Below, in pieces: positions 1 to 12,295 of a stretch of 64,000 nucleotides of DNA. The translations under genes and the position numbers were made by a program. The first letter of the stretch is position 1. Every line of letters starts with the position of its first letter. The notes under the pieces were generated by a model, which had not been told where the DNA came from, searched no databases, and worked only from the letters and a program-made list of their open reading frames with translations. The stretch is from Monocercomonoides exilis PA203 (Eukaryota > Protista > Preaxostyla): contig LSRY02000055.1 in the NCBI GenBank assembly GCA_001643675.2, positions 310,001 through 374,000 on the forward strand, read 5' to 3'.

Positions 1-18
1 ACCCAAACCACATGTCCG

Positions 19-1326
19 ATGAGCAGTTGCTCCTTTTCATCAGTTTGCGATATGTATGATGGTGGGATTGTTCATTCCCTCAACAATCCCTATGCCTCTT
101 TGTCTGTTTCAAATACATCATTCGTTGGGTGTTGTCGGACAAGAAACGTTGAATGCATTGGAACTGCAGATAGAAAGTTGACTCCTGGGAGACAGAATGA
201 AACATTCAACGGAGCTAATACATTCACTTGGTGTGAATGGGATGGTTCGAGAACAACAGGAGAAAATGATTCTGTTTCAGATGGAAAATCGAGTGGCGGG
301 GCTATCTGCATGTTCAGTCAATCATCTGCCTCTGTGTCTGTTTCTCATTGCACTTTCAGCAACTGCTATGCTCATTATGCAGGCGGCGGAATAAATTGCT
401 ACAATATTAAGTCTGTTGAGATTGTGAATAACACATTTGATTCATGCACTGCGCAAAGTTATCGAGGGGGTGGAATGTTCATTTTGACGATTTCATCGTG
501 TGTTCGGATCAGCGGATGTGAATTCAAGGATTGCAAAGCAGTTAATTATGGAGGAGGACTTTATCTTGATAATTTTAATGTTTCAGGAACAGGATGCATT
601 CCAACAGAAAATGAGGGAGGAGAGAGTGCGTGCGTGTTTGACTGCTGTTTCACATCATGTTCGGTTACAAATAATTTTGGTGGAGGCATGTATTGCGCTA
701 CTGTTCCAGCTGCATTCAAAATGAGGAGCATTCAGTTCATTTCTTGCTCTGCAACTGCATATGGTGGAGGAATGAGATTGTATCCATACAGACAAACCGC
801 ACCCGATGATGGAATCTATTGTTATTTCCTTTTTTTCCACGAGTGCAAATGTTCTAACAACCCATCTTACGGCCATGATGTAATGTATCATGATCACTAC
901 AGTGTCTTTTTATCTTCTAATAATCCGTTCTATGAATGTTACACCACAAATGCAGATGAGAAGAGAGTGTGCTACGGATATGATTATACGGATTCCAAGG
1001 GTTGGTCGTTCTATCACACAGAAAAGTGGGATTGGCTGAAGAGAGGGATTCTCAATCGATTTGTGGCAGTGAGTGGTGGTGGCGAAGACGATCTGTGTGG
1101 ATTGGATGAGTCAAGTGCATGCCGAACCATCGGTGTTGCAGTTGAAAAGAGCGTGATCCAGGTGAGCCTGTCAGTCACGCTGCTGGAAGGGGATCACATA
1201 AGCGAGACAACAACGATTGATATTGGAGAAAAGAAGATTTCAGTCATTGGGAAAGAAAGGACGGAGAGTTTGATTGGAACAGGAGCACTTTCATCATCAT
1301 CTTCTTCCTCATCATTTTCATCATGA
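19..1326 (+). CDS. Cys-rich GGG/GGAI-repeat beta-helix-like surface protein, copy A (5' end runs off window; 3' end appears truncated)
   Basis: 435-aa ORF with repeated (F)xxCxAxxxGGG[aliphatic] turns (SSGGAICM, AGGGINC, RGGGMFI, YGGGLYL, FGGGMYC, YGGGMRL). These resemble pectin-lyase-like / Pmp-type right-handed beta-helix repeats. Paralogous to ORFs at 2305, 34565, 48862 and 59338. Ends in a Ser-run just after GTGALSS. Confidence 0.75.
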   Translation: MSSCSFSSVCDMYDGGIVHSLNNPYASLSVSNTSFVGCCRTRNVECIGTADRKLTPGRQNETFNGANTFTWCEWDGSRTTGENDSVSDGKSSGGAICMFSQSSASVSVSHCTFSNCYAHYAGGGINCYNIKSVEIVNNTFDSCTAQSYRGGGMFILTISSCVRISGCEFKDCKAVNYGGGLYLDNFNVSGTGCIPTENEGGESACVFDCCFTSCSVTNNFGGGMYCATVPAAFKMRSIQFISCSATAYGGGMRLYPYRQTAPDDGIYCYFLFFHECKCSNNPSYGHDVMYHDHYSVFLSSNNPFYECYTTNADEKRVCYGYDYTDSKGWSFYHTEKWDWLKRGILNRFVAVSGGGEDDLCGLDESSACRTIGVAVEKSVIQVSLSVTLLEGDHISETTTIDIGEKKISVIGKERTESLIGTGALSSSSSSSSFSS

Positions 1327-2304
1327 ACTTCTCCCTATTTATTATTTATCCTCGAGAAAAAGTGATTCAACAGCTTCAATTCTTTTCATAACAATTTTAA
1401 ATCTTCAAGAATCTTATTTTCAATATCTCTTCTCTTGTTATTTTTTCCGAACAGATATTTGAGATAACGAAGAAGGAGGAGCAGTAAGACAGAATCAGAG
1501 CATTTGTTGATACTTCAAATTGTGAAGGCAGTGCTAAATGCGTATTTATCATCACAAACTTTTTCATCATAACTTTTTTATCATAACCTTTTTGTCAAAC
1601 ATTAGCTAAAATACTTTTTTTGGTCTTCATCATCATCGTCTTCGTCTTCGTCTTCGTCTTCATGTGCTTTGTCAATATTTATATTTTTGTTATTGGAATT
1701 ATTCTAATGGAAGTTGAGCAGAGGATTAGTAATAAGCAATATTTTTTGAGCAGAAGGGAAGTGATGATAATGGCAATAAGATAGACAGCGGAGGCAGATC
1801 AGCTGGATGTTGTTGGCAGAAAGTAACAATACTTGGAGAAGGAGAGAATTAGGAAAGTGAAAATGTGTGAAGAGTTGACATATTTAATGCAAAGGTTTGG
1901 TTCTTGTATTATTTTATTAATATTTTTTTTTCAATATTTCTAATATTATATTTACGAAGTTGGAGTCATTGCAAGAATATTGAATGCAAATGTTTCAATG
2001 CCAATGCATGGATATGGAATGAGGAGAGATGGCTTTTGAAGAGAATCTGGAATGGAAAAAAGGAGGCGATTGCAACAGCCAAAAAGGGATGTGGGGAAAA
2101 ACAGACGACAAATAGCATTGGAGATCCGTTTGCATTTGGTGGAACTGAAGGAAAAAGATACTTTTCTTTTGGGGATATGCATTTCAGAAGCAGGAGAAGA
2201 TGCAGGAAAAGGGAGCTCAGGCTCATTTGAATCTTGATGAATAACTCGTTGAGAGGCATAGTAGGCTTATGGAAAATGAGAGAGGGAAAGGAAATGTTCG
2301 GTGA

Positions 2305-3886
2305 GTGAATCAAGCCCTATTTCTTTCAACTCCCTCAATGCTCCTTGTTTCCTCCTCACAACTCACATTTTTCAACGTCTCAACAGCAAATGATGCATGT
2401 TCACCTCCAACCACAATGTCAACCCAAACATCATGTTTTATGAGTAGCTGCTCATTCTCATCAGTATGTGATGCATATGATGGAGGGATTGTTCATTCCC
2501 TCAACAATCCCTATGCCTCTTTGTCTGTTTCAAACACCTCATTCGTTGGATGTTGTCGGACAAGAAACGTTGAATGCATTGGAACTGCAGATAGAAAGTT
2601 GACTCCAGAGAGGCAAAACACAACAGATAATGGAGCAAATTCATTCACTTGGTGCGAGTGGAACGGATCGAAGACAACAGGAGAAAGCGATTCTGTTTCA
2701 GATGGAAAATCGAGTGGCGGGGCTATCTGCATGTACAACAAGGGAAATGGAGAACTTTCAGTTTCGAATTGTCTGTTTAATAACTGTTTTGCATACAGCC
2801 GTGGGGGTGGGATTATGTGTCATACAATCAAGACTGTGCATATCGAAAATAATGTGTTCAATGCCTGTACAGCACAAAATCAATATGGAGGAGGAATGTA
2901 TATCAGCTCTGTTTCAACATGTGCTCGGATCAGCGGTTGTGATTTCCAGAATTGTAAAGCTAGTGGCTTAGGAGGTGGACTTCTTTTTGAAAATTTTCAG
3001 GTTTCAGAAACAGGATGCATTGGAGAAGAAATAGGAGAAGGGGAGAGTGCGTGTGTGTTTGACTGCTGTTTCACTTCATGCTCTGTTGCAAATACTGCTG
3101 GTGGGGGCATGCTTTGTCAATATGTTCCTGTTTTATTGAAAATGAGGAGCATTCAGTTCATTTCATGTTCAGCATTAAGAGAAGGCGGAGGATTGTTCTT
3201 CAAGCCAGAAAAAACAGAAAAGCCCAGCAATGGAACTTATTGCTATTTTTTGTTCTTTCACGAATGCAGATGCAGAGATGCAACTAATCCATACGGGCAT
3301 GATGTTGAGTATGTCGATACATACAATCTGTATTTGGGTTCAGGAAATCCGTTTCATGAATGCTACACCACAAACACAAACGATAAGAGGATCTGCTTTG
3401 CATACAATTATGCTGATGCAGGTGCCTGGACATTTGATCAAACATCAAAAAAAGGATTGGCTGAAGGACAAGACGATATTAGTTTCTGTGAATGGGAATG
3501 ATCTGAATGAGCTATGCGGGTCAAATGAGTCAAATCCGTGTCTGACAGTGAAGAAAGCGTTTGAGATGTGTGAGGTGCAGATTAGCTTGACAATCACTCT
3601 GATGGAAGGGGATCATCAAAGCGAGGCAACAACAATTGAGATTGGGTCAAAGAAGATTTCGGTCATTGGGAGAGGAAGGGAAACAAGTTCGATTGGAACA
3701 GGAGCACTTTCATCACCATCAGCAGCAGGAGCGTTGTTCAGTGTGTCAACAGGAAGCCTTGGCTTATTGCACATGAAGGTTGACTGCAACTCAAATGCAA
3801 ATCCTTCTTCGCCGAGTGTGGCTGTGGTGCCTGATAAAAGTGGGACATTTCCACTTTATTCAAGAAGCAAGTTAGTCATATTATAA
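2305..3886 (+). pseudogene. Beta-helix family copy B, frameshifted
   Basis: ORF 2305-3501 switches to the frame of ORF 3230-3886 at an A7 run (3447-3453). An A6 run would give TSKKDWLKDKT as in the paralogs. No recognisable N-terminus. Confidence 0.75.
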
Positions 3887-6800
3887 ATGGAGAAAAATAT
3901 TAAATTAAAAAATTTACAATTTTATTACAAAAACGATTTGATTTGCAAATTTTTGTTATTTAAATATTTGGAGTTTTGTTTTCAAATGCATATTGTTTTC
4001 ATTTCATTTTGATTTTTATGGATTTTTTGTATGATGAAAAAAAGAAATAATTTTTCAAAAATTCAAATATTTATTATTTTTAAGAATAAATGAAAAAGGA
4101 AGGAAAGAAGAAAAAACCTATTCAGTGCCATTTTTTGAGTTCAAGAAAAGAGAAAAAATTGTTGAAAAGAAATATCCCAAGTTGTTCTTTTTTTATGAAT
4201 TTTTCATCATCTTGTGAATATTACACATAGGTATAAGAATTTCATACTTTGACAATTATTCTTGTTCATCTTCAACAGAATTGTCTTATTTCTTGAATTA
4301 TTGTTTTCATCATTGTCTTTATAACTCATTTGTTTGCTTGTTTTATTGAATTTTCAAATGTGATCTTTCATTCCTTTTTTATCAAAGAAGAGATATTTGA
4401 AAAAATTATTTCTATTTTCGATTACAAATAATAAATGAATTGGTTTGATTCTTGTTTCTTATATTTTTTTAACAAGTGAATTCAAAGAAGGATTAAAATA
4501 AAACAGACGATTCGATGAAAGAATGTAAATTAGCAACATTTTCAGAATGTTGATTATTATTTCAGACTTAATGACATGTTATTGTTTTGTTCAAAAAAAT
4601 ATACGCATATTACGAGTTTTCTTTTTTCTTTTTCTTTTTTTCAAATCATCAATTGAATTGTGCCTGAAACAAAAAAAAATTTTTTTTTTTAAAACACATT
4701 CAAAAAATTTGAAAAGAAATGTCAGGTGTTCATTCGAATGAAGCTGTTTTTGTTGAATAACAATCATGGATGAGAATTGTGATATCAAAAATAATCATCC
4801 ATACGACCTGGCTGAATCTCTCATTGAGTTGAAAATGATCTTTGTTATTTGTTTGTTATTTTTTGAATGGATTGAGTGTTTTTGTTTTCTCACTTCTTTT
4901 CGAACACTCAACTGAAACACAAGAGTTCAATCAATATATAAACGGTTAAATAGAGGAAAACATTCAAATGAAAATTTGAGTGATTGTTTTTGAAATCAAA
5001 ACATTTTTCGGGGAATGTGTCATATTCTGATTCACAGTTATTTGCACTAGAATTTTCAAAAAAGCGTAACATGTTTTCAAATCATTATCTTCCAAACACA
5101 CATTGTCATTGAAAGACAGAAAAGTTCATTTATGATTTTCATTTCAATATTAGATAGATTCATTTGTATTTGCGACAAATTGTTGATTCCAATATTTTGA
5201 TAGGAAAAATATGAAATCAAAAGAATCACACATATTCAAAATAAAAAAAAAAATCAATTTGTTTGAAATGATTTTCTCTTTCAAATAACTAATGTGTGAA
5301 TATGTGTTGAGTTCATCCAAAGGAAATCTTCATTTTCTGTGAAACAATCATTTTTTGTTGAAACCACCAATATTTCCAGAAATTAATTCGGGTGCAAAAC
5401 AAATATCCGAGTTCAGAAAAAAGATTGATTTTCAAGCATTTTTTTTTCACAATTCATCAAAAGCTCTTTTCTCCAAATAAATTCAATATTCTGGCTGGAA
5501 CTCATAAATAAATCGACTTTTCATGTTTGTTATGAAATACAAGAACTGTGATGAAATATTGTTTGGAAACAAGAAATATGTGTTTTTCAAACAATTTTTA
5601 TCAGAAGTGTTTTTTTAAAAACTATAAATTTTATTCACTATTCGTATTTTTTATAAAAAGTGATTGAAGTTCCATATTTTATCTCATATTTCTTTCTGTC
5701 ATTCATTCTCCTTGTCATTGACTGAACTGAAATAATGTTTCAACCTTGAAGAGATAATACTACTGAACTCGACGGAGTACAAAATTTCAATTTCTAATGG
5801 ATTTTTATCAGGAAATATGTTCTCAGTTCAATAAATCATTCAAATCAAATATTTCATTTTTTCAAAATTAAAATTAGTTTATTCTTCTTGTTGAAGAATG
5901 TTTTATTTTCTGAATCACTGTTATTCTTTCAAATCAAAAAATGAAAAATATGATTTTTTTGTTCAAATCAACAAAATATTTAGACAAAGAGTTTTTGATA
6001 TCACGGTTTGCGGATTCACTGTTATCTTGTCCAAATGAAAAGAAATGTTATCTATTTCTAATTTTTCAAATATATTTTTTTTTTCACAAAAAAGAAACCA
6101 ATACAAAACTCGCTTTTTGCAACCAAACTACTATCAACAATAATCACAATTAATAATAATTTATTATCTTTATTTTTTGTTGAATTCAAGTGGATTGATT
6201 ATTTTTTTCGAATTTATTGATCGAAATATAAGTTGGAATGTGATTTGGTGAGAACAAAACTTATTTTTTTTCTCCAGAAACACCGAATACTTCTTGAGCA
6301 ACGACGTGACATCGCGAGCAGAATGGAGAGGTTTGCCAGGTGCTTCATTACCGAAAATGTCATGTCTTCTTTCAAACGAACAATAAACAGTTTTGTATCG
6401 AAATCACTGAATTTCCTCATTCTGTTTGTTTCTGCAGTTGTTCCACAATAAGACACTCACAGTTACTGGGCATCCACCAACAGAGTCTGGCGCATGAGCA
6501 GCTTCAGCGAACCTTTCCAATTTGTATTTTTGGATGAAAGGAGGGGAAACTACAAGAAACGAGATATTTTCACGAACACTCAAGATTGTGTGCGATTGTT
6601 CGAAATACTGGTTGCATATCGCCAAACATGAATTCTGCCGCATGGATTTCAAATACTTTTTTTTTTGGACAACAACCGATGCTGTATTTGAATTTATTTT
6701 TTTTTTTACAAAACATCGCAGAACAGAATCTCTCACAAACCACGTGGAATGAGAATATTTGGAGTATTGCTACATGATCAAGCGTATATCCGATATTTTC

Positions 6801-7821
6801 TCTTCGAAGCCTTTGCCGACTTGTGCCAATGACGATTTTTTAGTTGCTTGCCACAATTTCTCCGTTGATTTGAACAAAGCGATTTGTTTGTCCTCACATA
6901 TGAGCGAAATGCAATAATTCGTATCACGGATTGAGCTGATGAAGCTTTTCGCAAGCATTTTTGGAGATTGGTTCTTGATGATTTTTCACTGATCCTTTTT
7001 GAGTAATTCTCCGTTCCCTCCAAAGAAGCCTTGTTGGAGCCTCGGAACATGATTTTCGACCAAGCATATTATTGTCCTCCTACAAAGAAATTCTACATAT
7101 TTCTTCACCATATTCATTGCTCAACCACCTATTTCAGCCTCAATGGAGAAACTTTTCCAAAGAAACGATATGAAAAGACAAAGAGACTGCCATTTGCCAT
7201 TCAATCAATGATAAATATCCTTCCCCTGCCATCATTGGTTCTATTTGATTGCTGCATTTTTTGGAATATGAGGCCATCTTCAACAACAACATCATCATTC
7301 TTCACTGATTCACTCAAAAAAGTTCTTATAACGAAAATGAAATTATTTCTTCGTTGTTTGTTTCAATCACATTTCAATGACAGATCAGAAGAAGGCGACT
7401 GAGGCAGAGAGATGGATGAAGAGTGTTATTCGCCAATTGTTTTCTTTATTGAGGAGGAAGCAGCCAAGCAATTTGGATGAAGAAATGAAGATGGGACGAA
7501 ATATTTTGCTTTTATGAATTTTGTTTAACGAAGTATTTTCAAACATTTTTTTTCTCAATTTTAAAAATTTTCTGTGTTTTTTTGCATTATTATGGAAGAC
7601 TTTTTATGTTATGATTGCAGAAAAAGTTTTGAACAAATCTCAGTTATTTTCATAAATGCAAATATTTAACCACAAATGCGAAAATTTTGTACCATTTATG
7701 TAAAAAAAAGAATACAATGATTTGTTCAAAACTTTTTTCTTCTTTCATATCTTTTTGAGTTAAACATTCTCATGTCAAAAAAAAAGTGTAGAAAAAAGTG
7801 TAGAAAAATGAAAAAAATAAA

Positions 7822-7900
7822 AAATAAAATAAAATAAAATAAAATAAAATAAAATAAAATAAAATAAAATAAAATAAAATAAAATAAAATAAAATAAAAT
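7822..7900. repeat. (AAAAT)n microsatellite
   Basis: About 16 perfect AAAAT units. Confidence 0.95.
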
Positions 7901-7961
7901 AAAAAAAATCGTCCCATTTCCTTATTTATTAATTAATTTTGTTTCATTCTCCACTTTCGGA

Positions 7962-9300
7962 ATGGAGAAGCAGATAAGAGAAGAGAAAAGCAGAGAAGAG
8001 GAAATAGAGAAGAGTATAATGTTGCTTTATATACTAGAGATTAATGAGATTAATGATATACATTTTATGGATGATAAAATGAGAAAAAAAAAAAAAAAAA
8101 AAAAAGAGAGAGAGAGAAAAGAAAAGAGAGAAAAAAGAAAGAGAAAAGAGAGAGAGAAAAGAGAGAAAGAAAAAAGAGAAAAAAGAGAAAAAAAGAGAGA
8201 AAAGAGAGAAAAAAGAAAGAGAAAAGAGAAAAAAAAAAGAGAAAGAGAAAGAGAAAGAGAAAGAGAAAGAGAAAGAGAAAGAGAAGAGAAGGAGGGGAAT
8301 AAACAAATAAATGAAGGAGAAAGAGAAAGAGAAAGAGAAGAAGAAGAAGAAGAAGAAGAAGATGATGATGATGACATTATCATGGCAACCGGAGGGGAAG
8401 ATACAATTCTCAATATTGTTCGGTTCAACAAGATGAAATCTTCTTCTTCTTCTTCTTCTCTTTCTCTTCATTCCTCTTCTTCTTCTTCCTCCTCCTCCTC
8501 TTCTTCTTCTGTTAATTCTTCTTCTTTCTCTTCCTTCCTCTCTCGTCTTCTTCTGTGTGTGTTTGGCAATTCGGGTGGAAACATCTTCGCCTGCTTATTC
8601 GATCCATTGGGAAGATTGAAGAAGAACGAAAAGAAGAAGAAGAAGAAAGAAGAGAAAGAGAAAGAGAAAGAGAAAGAGAAGAAGAAGAATTCGGAGAAAT
8701 AGAAGAGGGAGAAGAAGAAGAAGAGGAAGAAGAAGAGGAAGAAGTAGAAGAGGAAGAGAAAAAGATGGATTTGAAGCAACAAAAAAGATGAAATGAGAAG
8801 AAGAAGATTGAATTCTTTGCAAAAACACAAATTTTACTGAAGAAAAAGAAGAATTGTTCGAAAGAATCAAATTTTAATAAAAATAAAAAATAAAAAATCC
8901 CTCTTTCTCCCTTCTTTTGCGAATTGCGGAATTATTTTTTGACGGAGAGGCAAAGAAGAAAGTTATTTCTTAATTGAAAGAAAAGAAGAAGAAGAACGAT
9001 GAGGAGATGTATTAATAGAAGAAGAATATAAATTCGAATAAGAAGAAGAAGAATAAAAATTGGTAGAAGAAAAAGAAGTTAATTGAAAAGAAAAGAAAAA
9101 TGAAGAAGAAGAAGAAGAAGAAGAAGAAAAAATAAAAGAAGAAGAAGAAGAAGATGATGATGATGATGAAGATGAAGAATAAAACAAAAAGGAAGAGGAA
9201 AAGGAAGAAGAAGAAGAAGATGATGATGATGATGAACACTGTGAAACAGACGAATTTGAAGATGAAGAAAAATAGAAGACATCAGCTTTTCCAAGTCATG
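7962..9300. repeat. Low-complexity (GAGAAA)n/(GAA)n/(TCT)n region with small islands of possible coding sequence
   Basis: Simple repeats dominate. The islands IIMATGGEDTILNIVRF and LLCVFGNSGGNIFACLFDP look WD40-like but are too short to call. Confidence 0.7.
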
Positions 9301-10688
9301 TTGCGCGTAGAAAAAAACTGAATGTGTTCTGAATGTGAATGCTTTAAGAATATATCAGCTCCAGATAAATATTATGCTTCTTCCAAACTCTCTCAACAAA
9401 TAAGTCAAACAAACTGCTTTTCACTTTCAAGCTCGAGTCAAGCATTGTCTGGTTATGCAACATGCAAGACAGATTGCAGAAGGACGAATGTTATCGTTGA
9501 ATGCAATCCAAACGAGATTAATTTCCAAACTTCTGAATCTTTTGAAAAAGGATAAAATGGCTTCTCTCTCTTTGCGGTATTCCTGTTCGTAACCAATCTG
9601 TATTCATTCATAGAACATCTTAAAAGAAAAATGAACAAAACAAAAAAAGTCAAGCCATCTTTTTGGTCTTGTAATATTTTCCCATCACCAAGGGATTGGT
9701 AATTGTCTGTCAAACTGGTTTTCTTGTTTTTAGAATCCATTGTGAAGTTGGCTGTGATATCTGATGAAAACACATATCCTCCAAATTAACTCCTTTTCAA
9801 AACCCAATTCAACGACAAGTCTTTGCTGATAGATTTCTTGCAGGATTCGTGCAAAATGCAAATGAGATTGTTGTTGAGGCCTGCTGAGTGTTTCGCTCAA
9901 CTCGTTTCCTCCATTGTCCAACCCCCAATTCCCTATCCTTTTCCACAAAACCAACCTTCCCCCCAAAAACCATGTTAAACAAATCCTGCTCAAATGATAT
10001 GCCAAGTACACTGCACTTCCCTGAAATGACAAAGCGGTTCAATTCAATCTTTCTAGCATTTTAATCGCTTTTTTTGTATCTTGCTTTATTCATTTTTCAT
10101 TCAAAATATAGCATTTGACGATATGTCACACATTTTGCAATTTTTCACCATGTTCAAATTTCATGCAACTTCCCACACTTATTCACTTTTCGCAAGCAAT
10201 CGATGCAAACAGCCACTCTCTCCTCCATCTGCAAGAAAAGTACCTGTTCTTCTGCAATGCTATAACTCGCATGGTTGCATCCGTGGAAGTTAACCTAAGC
10301 AGCTCAAACATACTTTTATCTCAACATATCATCAATCAAAAATCTTCACTTATAAAATTATGGGTTGTGAACCCTTATTAATTGTTCGATTTGGAGATCT
10401 GTTTTTCTTCTTTATGATTTGCTTGTTTTGAAGCAAAAATCATGATGACAAAAGAGGTTTCGAATCCTGTATAATTTAAAAAATTTTGATTTGGTGCTTT
10501 TTATTCATTTGATTTGAACAAAACACGAATATTTCGAAAATGAATTTATTTATTTTTTTGATTCACTTTGTGATTTTTCAGCCACCTTCAACGAAACATG
10601 TATTCCTTGGTATGTCAATATTTTGAGAAAACGATTGCTCGGATGATTAATTGTTTTATTTTCCAATTTTTCAGAAAAACTGCTGCAA

Positions 10689-12087
10689 TTGGAAAAATGC
10701 ACTGACGCTGAGCAGAAACAGAAAATCGAAGAAATGAGCAATACATTTGAAGAAATGGAGGAAGAAGAGGATGAAAATGTTTTCAGCAAAGAACTGTTCG
10801 ATGAAATTCACAAAATGATTGAAGAAAAGAAACTGACTTTGGAGAATGCCATTCTATTGTTGAAATACGTTGGATGTTGGAAAGAAATGAAAAGAATATG
10901 GAATCTGCACTTTGATGAATCTGCATTGAACAGAAGATTTGAGAAGATGATTATTAATGAAGAACAAAAAAAAGAGGGAAAAGTCGAAAAGCTTCTTTTC
11001 GTTCTTTGCGAATGCTACGCTTCTTTGAGCTTCTTTTTCCCATCAAAATTAATTTCAGTCTGTGTGCCTTGCCTTCTGAAAGTTGCATTGAGGAAAGAAG
11101 AGAACAGGGAAATGCAAAAAGAAGTAGAAATGGATTTGTTGGAGTTGAGCAATATGGGATATTGTATATGAGCACTTCTTTTTGATATTTTTTATGTTTT
11201 TCACATTTTTCATTAGTATTTTGTACAAGAATTATATTTGAATGAGACCAAAGAAATAATTGAATATCATCAGAAACATCATAATCTGACTCAACTTGCC
11301 TATCAGTCTGCTTGGGAGTTTATGATGAGCCAACCTAATTTTGACGATGATGAAAGCTTGGAAGAAGTGATGGTGAATGAGTTGCATTTTGCAAGAGCAG
11401 CAAGAGAATTGGAAGAGCTGACAAGATGTGTTGATTGGAAGAAGAAAGAAGAGGAAATGAACAAAGATGAAGGGAAAGAAGTGCATATTATCATGAGATT
11501 ACTCTTCGTATTATTTGATTTCTTTCACTCATGCAGATCATGGAATGAAGAACTTGTCAAACTTATCCGCAGCATTGTTCAGGTTTTTCGTGCAACCAAG
11601 AAGAATTATGGAGAAATGAGCATTGAATGCATCAAATTAATAAGAAGTGCAGCAGAGAGCGTTAGTGTGAAAGTTGAAGACTTGTTGAAAGGGGGAGCTA
11701 TTAATGCTGTTTTGGAGGAGATTCAAAGGCAAACATTGAATAAAGGTGTGGCATATGAATGTTTGCAATTCTTCACAAATGTTTCGGAAAGATTGAAAAG
11801 GAAGACAGATGATGAATTGGAAGAAGAGGAAGAAGAAGAGGAGTTTGATGAGGGGGATGAAGAGAGAGATGATGAGAAGGAAGAAGAGAAGGATGGAAAG
11901 AAGAAAGAAGAAAGAAGAAAAAGGGGAAGCGAAAAGAAAGGGAACAAAAAAAGAGATTTTTGAAAAGATGGAAGAAGAAGGATACGAAGATATCATTGCA
12001 AGCTTTCATAAAATGTTTTATAATCTCTACACAAAATATTGTTTTAAAACATCGTTGAAAATTTCAAATTATTTTGAAAATGTTTAG
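10689..12087 (+). pseudogene. Acidic alpha-helical (ARM-like) lineage-specific hypothetical protein, interrupted
   Basis: Consecutive ORFs 10689-11171 and 11238-11963, plus a C-terminus in the frame of 11809-12087 (KKEIFEKMEEEGYEDII). Separated by a ~50-bp AT-rich gap and a frameshift near 11940-11960. Paralog at 46.1-47.1 kb. Confidence 0.6.
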
Positions 12088-12295
12088 CCTAATTCTTTTC
12101 ATTTGGCTTTGTTTCTATAATTTTCAATTTTTCTATTTTTTCATCATTTCGCATGCACCAAAGATTATTCAAAATAAAAATCTTTCATTCAAATTATTTA
12201 TTTTTCTTACAAATTTTGTTTTCAAACAAACAAATAATGCAAAAATCTTGATAACGGTTGAAATATTCTCATTTTGAACGGAAAATTTTTTTATA

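Noticed and set aside
19-1326. Bacterial Pmp autotransporter or Giardia-type VSP assignment
   Set aside because: No autotransporter beta-barrel and no CXXC repeats or CRGKA tail. Only the GGA[I]-like turn motif is shared.
7726-9294. ORFs rich in FYFIL, poly-S, poly-E/K or poly-F
   Set aside because: Translation by-products of simple sequence repeats.
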